Shown here: positions 14,213 through 26,983 of the stretch, in pieces
How the letters are laid out: every line of letters starts with the position of its first letter
Numbering within the stretch: position 1 is the stretch's first letter
Assembly (NCBI GenBank): GCA_951406725.2
Contig: OX597832.1
Span: 54,622,001 to 54,686,000 of the forward strand
Reading direction: 5' to 3'
Source: Octopus vulgaris
Lineage: Eukaryota
DNA: 64,000 bases
Made by a program: the position numbers and the translations under genes
Notes under the pieces: model-generated
Databases searched by the model: none
The model's input: only the letters and a program-made list of their open reading frames with translations
Told to the model about the DNA's origin: nothing

Positions 14213-14910
14213 CGGCGAGCTGGCAGAAACGTTAGCACGCCGGGCGAAATACGTAGCCGTATTTCGTCTGTCGTTACGTTCCAAGTTCAAATTCCGCCGA
14301 GGTCGACTTTCCTTTCATTCTTTCGGGGTCGATAAATTAAGTACCAGTTACGCACTGGGGTCGATGTAATCGACTTAATCCGTTTGTCTGTCCTTGTTTG
14401 TCCCCTCTGTGTTTAGCCCCTTGTGGGTTGTAAAGAAATATATTATTCAATAATTACCATTATTTTTCGAAATTTTACTTTGAATTCTATTTTACTTCCA
14501 AATCATCGACGTTCTGAGTTCAAATTCCGCCGAGGTCGACTTTCCTTTCATCCTTTCGGGGTCGATAAATTAAGTACCAGTTACGCACTGGGGTCGATGT
14601 AATCGACTTAATCCCTTTGTCTGTCCTTGTTTGTCCCCTCTGTGTTTAGCCCCTTGTGGGTTGTAAAGAAATATATTATTCAATAATTACCATTATTTTT
14701 CGAAATTTTACTTTGAATTCTATTTTACTTCCAAATCATCGACGTTCTGAGTTCAAATTCCGCCGAGGATCGGCTTTGCCTTTCATCCTTTCCAGGTTGG
14801 TAAAATAAGCACCAGTTGAATTCTAGGGTCGATGTAATTGACTCCCCTCCACCACCACCACCACCATCACCACCTCGAAATTGCTGGCTCTGGACCAAAA
14901 TTTGAAATCA
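14213..14910 (+). mobile_element. SINE family A copies within a 233-bp tandem duplication
   Basis: CGTT starts at 14277, 14510 and 14743; the duplicated unit includes ~70 bp of non-SINE flank. Confidence 0.85.
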
Positions 14911-15300
14911 GTATTACCGAATAATACAGCAGAATAAAGAAATATAAACTGCATCGGGTTGGTAATGATGGATACGCGATAATTATGAGCTAAACCTATA
15001 AAAGAATCAGATTTAAATAATCCGAGTCTTACTTGAATCTTATGTAAATGATTAACTGTGGCAAGGCACTATAGATTTTACAGAGCTGAAAAGTAGCGAC
15101 TGAAAGGGAAAAAAGAAAACTTCTAGAGAGTGTTAATCACGTGTGTTTAACCATTCCTAGATCGCAAGAGGAGATTCCACAACAGGAAGGTTTCTTACAA
15201 ATATATCTATATCGATAGTCAAAGAAAATATAGAGTTTAGCATTTCGCTAGACATTTTAGGGTATAAGGTGAATAGAGTACATATAACCAGACACTAGGA

Positions 15301-15497
15301 CAGTATTTAATGGCATAAAAGACGCACGGGGCATAATAGACACGCCTCATTTTCAGCAGCACATATTCAGGGGAAGAAGCTTTTAGTGCATTAGGGTTTA
15401 TGGAAGGCCCAACTTCTCATATAGGACCCGAGGCGATTATTCGAAACGTTTTTTTTGGCGGAGAGGAAAGTGTATATTATACATCAGATATTATGTA
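15301..15497. mobile_element. degenerate pogo/Tigger-like MITE
   Basis: Imperfect TIRs CAGTATTTAATGGCATAAAAGACGCAC / GTGTATATTATACATCAGATATTATG. Confidence 0.45.
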
Positions 15498-15529
15498 AGC
15501 ATTGCAACCTTCATTTGCATCTCAATGAT

Positions 15530-15745
15530 TAAGGGTGCTGAAAAGTTCCTGGGTTCGGGTAAAAGAATATACAGGACGATCAGTTAATTATGATTTTATT
15601 CAAAATGTTCTCCTCTCACAGTCACACTCCTATTGTAGCGGTCCTTCTGTTTTTCTAAGCTCTGTAAAAGAACTTGAAAGGTTGGGACTCCAGCCAGCCT
15701 TTTCGTGATACCCTAAAAGCCAAGAAAATTTCAACATCACCAAGT
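15530..15745 (-). mobile_element. mariner-derived MITE, copy 1
   Basis: TIR GGGTGCTGAAAAGTTCCTGG; homologous to 16198-16424. Confidence 0.7.
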
Positions 15746-15754
15746 ACATATATA

Positions 15755-15898
<144 letters not shown>

Positions 15899-16044
15899 AA
15901 AATAGTGTACATTTAAACACAAGAGAAACTACCTTTAACAGGTAATTTTACACGCTAGAAGAAGTAGTCGAAACGACTAAAACCACATATAAGAGCAATT
16001 TCGAAGGGAATGAAAAATGAAAACTTTTACCTTGTTATTTTTTT

Positions 16045-16118
16045 ACGGTTATACCTAGATTTCGAATTCTTTTAGCAAATAAAATAATTTGCTAGGCGAA
16101 ATTCTCGTCAGTAACCGT
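16045..16118 (-). ncRNA. type-I hammerhead ribozyme motif
   Basis: ACGGTTA-CTGACGA-GAATT(..TAGCAAAT/ATTTGCTA..)AATTC-GAAA-TCTAGG-TA-TAACCGT: intact core, perfect 7-bp stem I, GUA cleavage triplet. Confidence 0.8.
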
Positions 16119-16160
16119 GCCATAACATTAACATATAATTTAGAGACAAATAACACGTGT

Positions 16161-16197
<37 letters not shown>

Positions 16198-16201
<4 letters not shown>

Positions 16202-16424
16202 GAAGAGGTGTCGAAAAGTTCCTGGCTTTGGGTAAAATAATATGCAGGAAAATCAATTATGATTTTTATCGACCATATTCCCCTCTCAGATCCACACACT
16301 TATTGCAGTGGTCCTTCAGTTCTCGTAAACCCTTTGTAAAAGAACTTAGACGGTTGGACCTCCAACCAGGCCTTTCGTGAGTCCCTTAAAGCCAGGAACT
16401 TTTCAGCCCCCCGCTCTCTTCGTA
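16198..16424 (-). mobile_element. mariner-derived MITE, copy 2
   Basis: TIRs GAAAAGTTCCTGGCTTT / AAAGCCAGGAACTTTTC; minus strand retains a transposase C-terminus (KLKDHCNKCVDLRGEY). Confidence 0.75.
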
Positions 16425-17907
16425 GTGACTGTGATTAAGTAAACACTGTTCAAACATAACCCAACGGTCTTTGCAACAGGCAACCGTTCATTCGCTATAA
16501 GTTGTAGGTTACGATAATAGCTACGCACTAGTATCTTCAAACTGTTTTATATTTTCAGGAAAATTGTATGGAATTTATTTTTTAATATTTCAACTTTTCT
16601 TATAACGAGAAATTAATAGAAACAAAATACTTATCTCCACATTTTACCGGATTTGCCATAAATATCATTTAGTTTTAAATAGAATTTATGATAAGCAACT
16701 CTTTAAAAAAGCTACTTCCTTTCCTAATAAATTTGACATAAAATTATTTTGATGCCCATTAGAGCGCTATTTCGATTGACAAAACCGATCTCCCACTGTT
16801 CTCGTATTTTCTCATTTAAAAGAGAATGTCACGAGAGTATTATAAGTCCTGTTGAGATCAATCTATAGATTAGTTATGGCGAGGTGCATCTCTCAGTACA
16901 GCACTGATAAATACATCATTTTTCTCCCCCTAATTTATTGAAGATGAAAACACCGTTTATTCATTTATTACAAATTGAATTAGCTTGCGTTCGGCACAGT
17001 TATCTTCTACAGAGATACTGTAAACAGCTTAATTTTTTTCTTTTTAAATTACTTTATTGTATTTCTATGTTCTCAATACAAAACACCGCAGCGCAGCGTG
17101 CAAAAGTGTTTGTACATATACTTGTTTGCTTAGCCTCTTCATCTAAATCTAACCGTTACTCTTCATATTTTCTCTGCTGCCTATTACTGGACAATGTCTA
17201 CACACATGTACAATGTAGACAACGGCTAGTGTATCTATTTCGTAAGTAGACGGATCAATATTTCAACTTCCTGTACTCTCTTCTCAAACTTTTCATTTCC
17301 TTGATGAAGAAGAAGATGTCGTAATTGCCGGCAGTCAATAAATGAGAACGGGAAATCTATTTATTCTCCATCGTTATTTCGTTCGGCTCGGCTCTTCCAT
17401 CGGCCGCTTCGACACTCGTACACGAATAACAAATAGCAATATTTGCCGGTGTATTTTCGTTCTGACGTCGAGCTGGTGCGGGAAGAGGAGGAGGAGGAGG
17501 AGCAGTAACAATTTTCGTGTATTGATGTAAATCAAAATTAATTTCACTCAAGTTACCGTTGGAAACACAGCATTAGTTTATAATGCTTCGGGCAGTATGG
17601 TTCTATCCTGTCTTTGGTTTCAAAGGAAAACGAGTCTAACGCTGTGCGTGTATTGATAGATTTGAGGCGGACGTTGAAAGCAAGGAACATAGAGGAGATT
17701 AAAGAAAAATCTAAAAGATTTTTATTAAATTACAATTCCGACTTCCAGTTATATATACGTAAATATATATAGACGTATGTGTGTGAGTGTCTCCATGTGT
17801 GCATAGATATACAAATACATACATACATACATATATAAATACATACATACATACATACATACATACATACATACATACATAAATACATACATACATACAT
17901 ACATACA

Positions 17908-17939
<32 letters not shown>

Positions 17940-18667
17940 CATATATACATATATATATGTATATATATGAGTGTGTGTGTATGTATGTATACATATAAAC
18001 GTATACACACATATACATATAGATATATATATATATATATATACATGCAATATATATATATATATGCATATATATTTCTACGTTTGCATATGTATAATAT
18101 GAGGTACGCATGTGTGTGTATGAGTGTATACACACAGACACACACACATACACACACACACACACACTCACACACAAACATATATATGAATATATATATA
18201 TATATACATACGTACATGAATTTATATATTCATATATACGTATATTTGAGCTGCTATATATGCATATGTGCATGCATAATACGCATATGTGTATACATGT
18301 ATATGCATGTATGCATGTACACATTTGTATGCATATAGGCATGTATGTATATACATGTATTTATGTATATATGTAAGTATGTATGTATATACAGATATAT
18401 ATGTGTGTATACATACACATACATATATATGTATATATGTATGCATATATATGTATATGTATATATTCACACACACATATATATATATATATATGTAAAT
18501 ATACACATATATGTATATATATATATATGTAAATATACACATATATGTATATATATATATATATGTAAATATACACATATATGTATATATATATATGCAT
18601 ATATATATATGTATATATGTATGTATATATATATATATGTGTATATATGTATATATATGTGTGTGTG

Positions 18668-18751
<84 letters not shown>

Positions 18752-19000
18752 AACACACACACACACACGCACATACACACACAGATCTTTGTAAATGAAA
18801 AATATCACATTGAGTTTATAACAGCTCATCTTTCGCTTAGTAAAATAGTTTCTTTATGATGTTCCACTTAACAAATACAACTCTGTTTATTTCAACTTCA
18901 TCTATGAACCACACAAACCATTCATCTTCTGTGCTTTTTACTCCTTAAACCTGATCTAATTATCAATGCATTTTCATATTTGATATTAGCTTCAAATTAA

Positions 19001-20190
19001 GGCGGTGAGCTGACAGAAATGATTAGCACGCCGGGCGAAATGATTAGCGATGTTTCGTCTGCCGCTACGTTCTGAGTTCAAATTCCGCCGAGGTCGACTT
19101 TGCCTTTCATCCTTTCAGGGTCGATTAAATAAGTACCAGTTTCGCACTGGGGTCGATATAATCGACTTAATCCGTTTGTCTATCCTTGTTTGTCCTCTCT
19201 GTGTTTAGCCCCTTGTAGGTAGTAAAGAAATAGGTATTTCGTCTGTCGCTACGTTTTGAGTTCAAATTCCGCCGAAATCGACTTTACCTTTCATCCTTTC
19301 GGGGTCAATTAAATAAGTACCAGTTACGCACTGAGGTCGATATAATCGACTTAATCCGTTTGTCTGTCCTTGTTTGTCCTCTCTGTGTTTAGCCCCTTGT
19401 GGGTAGTAAAGAAATAGGTATTTCGTCTGCCGTTGCGTTCTGAGTTCAAATTCCGCCGAGGTCGACTTTGCCTTTCATCCTTTCGGGGTCGATTAAATAA
19501 GTACCAGTTACGTACTGAGGTCGATATAATCGACTTAATCCGTTTGTTTGTCCTCTCTGTGTTTAGCCCTTTGTGGGTAGTAAAGAAATAGGTATTTCGT
19601 TTGGCTTTAGGTTTTGAGTTCAAATTCCGCCGGGGTCGACTTTGCCTTTCAAAGTACCAGTTGCGTACTGGGGTCAATCTAATCGACTGGGCTAACTCTA
19701 ACCGTCCTCCAAAATTTCGGGCATTGTGCCTAGAGTAGAAAAAAGATATTTAAACAGTTAAACAGGCTTTATTCACCATTCACAACATATTTTATCAAAC
19801 CTCCATATCGCCGTATTAATGATATCTTCTAGATACATCTGACGTCTTAGCACGCCGGCCAAATTGCTTAGCGATATTTCGTTCTGAATTCAAATTCCGC
19901 TGAGGTTGACTTTGCCTTTCATCCTTTCGGGGTCGATTAAATAAGTACCAGTTGCGCACTGGAATTGATATATAACCGACTTAATCTGTTTGTCTGTCCT
20001 TGTTTGTCCTCTCTGTGTTTAGCCCATTGTGGGTAGCAAAGAAATAGGTATTTCGTCTGTCTTTACTTTCTGAGTTCAAATTCCGCCGGGGTCGATAAAT
20101 TAAGTAGCAGTTGCATACTGGGGTCGATGTAATCGACTGGCCCCCTCCCCAAACATTTCAGGCCTTGTGCCAAAGAGTAGAAAAGAATAT
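19001..20190 (+). mobile_element. composite SINE A array bounded by a 16-bp TSD
   Basis: Head plus units restarting at 19233, 19417 and 19591; ~100-bp non-SINE segment; second dimer; ATATTAGCTTCAAATT at 18983-18998 and 20187-20202. Confidence 0.85.
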
Positions 20191-20202
20191 TAGCTTCAAA
20201 TT

Positions 20203-20546
20203 TTGATACAAGGCTAAGAATTACGGGGGAAAGGGTAGGTCGATTACATTGGCTCCAGTGCTCAACTGGTACTTACTTTATCGACCCCGGATGGATGAAA
20301 GGTGAAATTGACTTCGATAGCATTTGAATGCAAACGCGAACGAAATGTTTCCTCGCATTTTGTCCGGCGTGTTAACAATTCTGGTAGTTCTCCGCCTTAG
20401 TCGTATATCTAATATTGCTTCCAAGCTTTAGTAGAAGGCCAGCAATGTCGGGGGAGAGATAAGCCGATTAGATCGACCCCAGTTTCCAACTGGTACTTAA
20501 TTTATCGACCCCGAAAAGATGAAAGGTAAAGTCGACCTCGGCGGAA
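20203..20546 (-). mobile_element. two older SINE A-related copies
   Basis: Reverse complement of the central domain (ACTGGTACTT..TATCGACCCC..GATGAAAGG), twice. Confidence 0.75.
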
Positions 20547-20994
20547 GCAGACAGAATATCAAATATGAAAGCAAGGCAATGAGTTGGCGTAATCGTTAGC
20601 AGATTGTATCAGCGTTCTGAGTTCAAATTTGGCCAAGGTGCGCCCTGGGGTCGATCTAATTTATATATATTTGTGTGTGTGTGGATAAATATCATATCGT
20701 GTGTCTATGTGTGTTTGTGGCGAAAGAGTCAGCAGAAGCTTCGTCATTACCTTCTGCCGGAGCCGTATGGAGCTTAGGTGCTTCGCTCATAAACATACAC
20801 ACCGCCCGGTCTGAGATTCGAACCCGCGATCTCTCGACCGTGAGTCCATTGCTCTAACCACTAGGCCATGTACCTCCCGTAATACAATAAGTATCAAGCT
20901 TAAAAAATTGGGTCGATTTTTTTTCGATTAAAATTCTTTCTTCAAGGTGGTTCTTTAATATAGCTGCTGATTGTTGAGTGAAATGAGTAGGAGG

Positions 20995-21240
20995 TTATCC
21001 TATTGAAAAGGAAACTTTAGACTGAAACCGGTGAAAGAAATTGTGTAAAACTATTGAAAAGGTTGCAAGACTCAAAGGAAATTTTAGAAAAATAAAGAAG
21101 GAATTAAGTGGAAATTTTACCTGTGAGTGTGTTAAATTATAAAGCACAAAAAGAGAATGACTCTCCCCAGACACAACAGTATATGCTTCAACACACGAAC
21201 TCACATAAAGAATCTTGAAAACCAAATCCAAAAATGAAAT
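20995..21240 (+). mobile_element. short Penelope-like terminal element with two degenerate hammerhead-like motifs
   Basis: 21050-21240 is homologous to the reverse complement of 53596-53790; CTATTGAAAAGG twice, the first followed by GAAA-CCGG-T. Confidence 0.55.
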
Positions 21241-21609
21241 AAATGCATACAGTTTTTCAAAAAATCGATGTTTGACTGAATGTTTGAACTGTTTTAGTTA
21301 CAAAACCGTTTATTATCTTTCATATCATTAGAATCCATTCGAGTGAAACAGTGCGCAAATTTGAAAATAAATAAGCAAAATAATAACAGAAAACAAAATG
21401 AATAAGCAAACAGATAAGCAAAATAATAGCATAAAACAAAATGAAAAATTAATCTTCCGTTTGAGTCAGCCTGTATAGATAAAGTGAAGGGGAAATAGAC
21501 CACATCTTCTGATATATTGATTAATAAGCTTCTTTTTTATTGGTTTATATAACAAAAGATTTCCTGGGGTGCACAGATTTGACTAATCAGAACCACTATT
21601 GTCTTATTT

Positions 21610-22012
21610 TTATCTTTTATCTTTTGTTTGCTTTAGCTATTAGAATGCGTTCATGCTGGAGTACCGCGTTGAAGAACTTTTAACCTCAGTTCTTCTCTTT
21701 TTATTAGCTTGGTACTTATTCGATCAGTTTCTTTTGCCGAACCGCTAAGTTACACGGACGTAAATACAACGACTCCGGTCTCCAGGCAGTAGTGGGGTCT
21801 AAGCATAACCATTCCCATATATATATGTGTGTGTGTGTGAGTGTGTATCGGACAGGCTTCTTCCAGTTTCCGTCTACCAAATGCACTCACAAGGCGTTGG
21901 TCGGCCCGAGGCTAAATTAGAAGCCACTTGTCCAAGGTGCCACACTGTTGCACTGAATCCGGAACCACGTGATTGGGAAGTAAACTTTTTGCCACACAGC
22001 CACACCTGTGCC
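21610..22012 (-). mobile_element. diverged SINE family B
   Basis: Reverse complement similarity to the family B consensus. Confidence 0.75.
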
Positions 22013-22204
22013 TCTGTTGCTCAAAATCATTTTAGATATTATTTTAAAGAACCTCATAAATTTTATAATTTTCTATTATTGAACAATACAAAAACCAAAT
22101 TTCAGGCCTGGCGCCCAAAGAAGACTCATTAAATATTATAAGGAACTGTATTCAAAAACACTTGTTAAAATATTTTGTATATTGTAAAAATTAAACCAAC
22201 TTAT

Positions 22205-22593
22205 TGTACAACCAGCCACATGGTTCCGGGTTCAGTCCCACTGCGTGGCATCTTGGGCAAGTGTCTTCTGCTATAGCCCCGGGCCGACCAATGCCTTGTG
22301 GGTGGATTTGGTAGACGGAAACTGAAAGAAGCCTGTCGTATATATGTATATATATATAAGTGTGTGTGTATATGTTTGTGTGTCTGTGTTTGTCCCCCTA
22401 GCATTGCTTGACAACCGATGCTGGTGTGTTTTCGTCCCCGTCACTTACCGGTTCGGCAAAAGAGAGCGATAAAATAAGTACTGGGCTTACAAAGAATAAG
22501 TCCCTGGGTCGATTTGCTCGACTAAAGGCGGTGCTCCAGCATGGCCGCAGTCAAACGACTGAAACAAGTAAAAGAGTAAAAATAGTAAAAGAG
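22205..22593 (+). mobile_element. SINE family B
   Basis: High similarity to 40945-41461; tail (GTAAAAGA)n. Confidence 0.9.
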
Positions 22594-23914
22594 TATAAAT
22601 AAAATCTTACAATCATCCCCCCCAACTAGGGGAGTATGGTTGAGAACCTCTGGTTTAGTAATATAAACGTTTATAAATGAAACCTTATCTAGAATGTTTA
22701 ATGTACTTGAACTCTTGTGGTCTCTGAAATTCCTGATTTCCATTTTTGCTTAGTTAGCCATAATCTTCTTCGCAACCGTTGGCAACCAATGACCGTTTCA
22801 AACAAACAGGTTTCGGTAATCTTGTCTCTTCAGATAATTGATCTCTTTTTGGTCTTCTTTATATCGATTATCTTCTTCTTCCTGGGATTTCCATTAAAAT
22901 GAAACCGCTTCACCCCTTCTTTCATTCCTTTTCTTTTCTTTTCTTTTCTTTTCTTTTCTTTCTTTCTTTCTTTCTTTCTTTCCTTCTTTCTTTCTTTCTC
23001 TTTATCTCCCTCTCGCTCTCTCTGATGGAATTAAATCTAAACATGCACTCACACACATAATCATACATACATACATGTATGTGCGTGTGTGTATAAGTAC
23101 ATACATACATACATATACATACATACAAACGTACAAACATACATATACACACATACATAAAGACATACATACATATAACACATACATACACTCATACAAA
23201 CGTACAAACATATACATACATCCACGCATACAAACATATACATACATGCATCATACTTACAAACATACATACATACATACATACAAACAAACATACATAC
23301 AAACATAGATACATACATAATACATACATACATACATACATACATACATACATACATACATACAAACATACATAACACATACATATATACATATATACAT
23401 ACATACATACATACATACATACATACATGTAAACTGCCTACGTGTCTTATTTGTATGTGTGTGTCTGTTGTGTGCAAGCATGTATATGTGTGTGTATGCG
23501 TGTATGTGTGTTTGTATGTGTGTGTCTTTGTGATCGATTGCAATGTCGTCGAAGACAATCGTTTCTGCTAAAACAACAGCCGGCAGCAGTAGTAAAACTA
23601 GAACCTGACCGAAGAACGAATAATTCCAACCGTTCTCAATTACGCTTAATCTAGCCAGAGAACTATCTTCTTAAATGATTATGCGACCTTGTTCTAATAG
23701 GACTACACATATAAGTCAATCAGTCCAAATGTAATAAACCCACGCATCATTTTTAAAAAGAAGACAGTGATTACTAAGCTGTATCGATTAGTTATTAAGC
23801 GATCGATATTGTTAGAACTGACAAACGTCATAGAGATATTTGAGCCCTTTATGAAGACTGATTAGGTTGTTGGCCGTACGAATCAATTTGCATGGTCTCT
23901 GTCACAGATGGGAG

Positions 23915-23992
23915 GATCTGATGTATGGTGAACTGGTGTCTGGTGACACAACACAACGACCAACGCGCTGCCTTCGTTTCAAAGATGTCGGC
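23915..23992 (+). pseudogene. RTE-clade LINE C-terminal fragment
   Basis: Encodes DLMYGELVSG..RP..LRFKDV, similar to the RTE consensus LLYGEL..G.R..GRP.LRFKD. Confidence 0.5.
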
Positions 23993-24043
23993 GTGAGAAA
24001 GAGAAAATGAAAGAAAGAGGAAGAGAGAGAAAAGGGCGAGAGA

Positions 24044-24087
<44 letters not shown>

Positions 24088-24219
24088 GAGACAGACAGAC
24101 AGACAGATAGACAGACAGAAATATCAATCAGCATGAAGTAGAAGAGAATTCAGTGCAATATAGGGTAATACAAGATGGTGGTCACGAGGAGCTACGAAGT
24201 TTCACAAGATGAATGGTAC

Positions 24220-24447
24220 GGCGAGCTGGCAGAAGCGTTAGCACGCCGGGCGAAATGCAAATCCGTATTTCGTCTGCCGTTACGTTCTGAGTACAAATTT
24301 CGCCGAGGTCGACTTTGCCTTTCATCCTTTCGGGGTCGATTAAATAAGTACCAGTTACGCACTGGGGTCGATATAATCGACTTAATAACTATGTCTGTCC
24401 TTGTTTGTCCCCTCTGTGTTTAGCCCCTTGTGGGCAATAAAGAAATA
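24220..24447 (+). mobile_element. SINE family A monomer
   Basis: Full head-body-tail match. Confidence 0.9.
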
Positions 24448-24472
24448 GGTATCATAATGCAGATATATATAT

Positions 24473-24664
24473 ATCTGTAAATGTAATATGTAACAATTCT
24501 TCGGTAGCCATGATAAAACTCCGAGTTTCGGATGTCGTGGTGGAAATCGGAGTTTTATTATGGCTACTGAATAATTGTCACATATTACATTTACAGATAA
24601 ATTTCTCTATTTACATAATATCGAGGTCTCTTCCATTCTTTTGTTGTCTTACCATTTCTATCAA

Positions 24665-24665
<1 letters not shown>
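24473..24665. mobile_element. inverted-pair short element (same family as 25142-25388)
   Basis: 24473-24524 and 24547-24598 are inverted repeats; flanked by (TA)n. Confidence 0.75.
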
Positions 24666-24720
<55 letters not shown>

Positions 24721-24728
24721 TACATATA

Positions 24729-24811
<83 letters not shown>

Positions 24812-25141
24812 CAAATAAAAAGTAAAAAGTAAAAGAGTCAAAAAGAAAGAGTAAGTACGGTTAGGCAGCTTTTTAATCGCTACAAATGTTTTGATGCATA
24901 CAGATCCACGTATATACAGGATTTAAAGTTAAGTTTAAATTAAATTATTTAACGATTTACCTGTATAAGAAGGTCTATGTGTATCTCCTCAGTTGATACT
25001 CAGTTGCTGTCTCCGTAAGTAAATCTAGATTTCCATGCTACGACATCCATGGCTTCTTAGGGTGAACGAGCTCTATTTGTACTCTTATAGGTTCTTTACG
25101 GAACACGCTTCAACTGACTATATATATATATATATATATAT

Positions 25142-25388
25142 ATTGGTAAAAACGCTAAGATAACAAAAGAAAGAAAGAGACCTTAATATTATGTAAATAG
25201 AGGAATTTATCTGTAAAATAATATGTGACAATTATTCAGTAGCCAAGATAAACCTGAGTTTCGGATGCCGAGGTGGAAATCCACACCACCATCTATTCGA
25301 TTATCTGGCCAGATAACCGGAGAGGCATCCGAAACTCAGAATTTTATCTGGGCTACTGAATAATTGTTATATATTATTTTACAGATAT
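25142..25388. mobile_element. head-to-head pair of degenerate hammerhead-bearing elements
   Basis: Palindromic centre TTATCTGGCCAGATAA (25301-25316); both arms read AGATAA-(degenerate core)-..CATCC-GAAA-CTC..-TTATCT. Confidence 0.6.
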
Positions 25389-25441
25389 ATATGTATGTAT
25401 GTGTGCGTGTTTTGTGTGTGTGTGTGTGTGTATGTATATAT

Positions 25442-25709
25442 ACAGACACACAAACATACACACACATACATATATATACATATATATATACGACGGGCTT
25501 CTTTCAGTTTCCGTCTACCAAATCCACTCACAAGGCTATGGTCGGCCCGAGGCTATAGTAGAAGACACTTGCCCAAGGTGCCACGCAGTGGGACTGAACC
25601 CGGAACCATGTGGTTCCTAAGCAAGCTACTTACCACACAGCCACTCCTACGCCTATAGATGATTGCACTAGAAAGATTTTTCAGCAGCATACACACACAC
25701 ACACACGTC

Positions 25710-25784
<75 letters not shown>

Positions 25785-26005
25785 TGTGTTTGTGTATGTT
25801 TGTGTGTCTGTTTTTGTCTCCCCAACATCGCTTGACAACCGATGCTGCTGTGTTTACGTCCCCGTAAATTAGCGGTTCGGCAAAAGAGACCGATAGAATA
25901 AGTACTAGGCTTACAAAGAATAAGTCCTGGGGTCGATTTGGTCGACTAAAGGTGGTGCTCCAGTATGGCCACAGTCAAATGACTGAAACAAGTAAAAGAG
26001 AAAAA
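25442..26005. mobile_element. SINE B 5' half (minus, 25442-25654) and 3' half (plus, 25795-26005)
   Basis: Similarity to family B, in opposite orientations. Confidence 0.85.
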
Positions 26006-26495
26006 AGAATAGGAGAGTATGCTGTGGAGAGTATTGAACCAATATATTATATTTCCCCTAAATACGATATTTGCGAAAGCATCCTTATTATAGTATGAAC
26101 ACAGTATAAAGTTATCCTTATTTGTAAAAATAGTCGAAAGCCGCCTGAAAACATTTTGAACTAAATTCTTTTTGATGTTTCTTGGTAATTTTGATTATCA
26201 AATTTTCCAGTCTAAAGTTTTTCTTGTTTGCAAAAATGGTCGAAGGTCTCCCCGAAACATTTCTAACTTAATTTCTTTTTGATGTTTCTTAGAAATATAG
26301 GGTATCAAATCTTGTGGGCTAAAGTTTTGTTCGGTCTACGGAAAAGATCGTTTATCTTGAGCAGGTCATTATGCCAACAATATTAAACACACGCGTTGGT
26401 TTATTGTTAGCCAATTGGTTTATTATCGAACCAACTAACTAATCGATCATTTGCTGAATGCGTTGGTTAAATAATCAATCAGTTTTTTTTTATTT

Positions 26496-26538
26496 TGTCA
26501 AATGCCTTTCGTCGCTATCTGCGACCTCATCAGTGACA
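26496..26538 (-). ncRNA. minimal type-I hammerhead ribozyme motif
   Basis: TGTCA-CTGATGA-G-GTCGC-AGATA-GCGAC-GAAA-GGCA-TT-TGACA: intact core, 5-bp stems I and II. Confidence 0.75.
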
Positions 26539-26699
26539 TGTCCTCGCTCCTCCAATTCTGCTTTGAGAAAGACAGAAAGAGAGATCGAAGCGTGTTTTTA
26601 TTACTGATGTAAACACCCCTCCTAAGATTTGTTTCAAGACACGGATCCTTATCAAGAACCTTACAAACCAAATACAAAAAACGAAGCATCGCGGTATCG

Positions 26700-26983
26700 A
26701 TCGGACTGTCGGATCTTGTTACACATCGCTGGTCACGATATGCTTCGCATTGTTTTAGCTTTTGTATCATGCCACCCACGCTGGCTAGGCGGGCAGGCCA
26801 ACATTCCCCGTTGATTGGATGACCATTTTGTCGCAGTTATCCATTTTGCAACGGAATGGACTGGAGCAACGTAAAATGAAGTGTTTTGCTCAAGAACACG
26901 ATGCGTCGCTCGGTCCAAGAACCGAAACCACAATTTAGCGATCGTGAGAGCAACACCTCAACCACTTGGCCACGTGCCTTCAC
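26700..26983 (-). mobile_element. tRNA-derived SINE with CORE-like block
   Basis: Minus strand GTGAAGGCACGTGGCCAAGTGGTTG..GGTTTCGGTTC..; tail shared with 31810-31920. Confidence 0.7.

Noticed and set aside
17357-17551. 64-aa minus-strand ORF with protein-like composition (TAPPPPPLPAP)
   Set aside because: Stop codon a few codons upstream, no convincing splice acceptor, and the proline run comes from a GGA repeat
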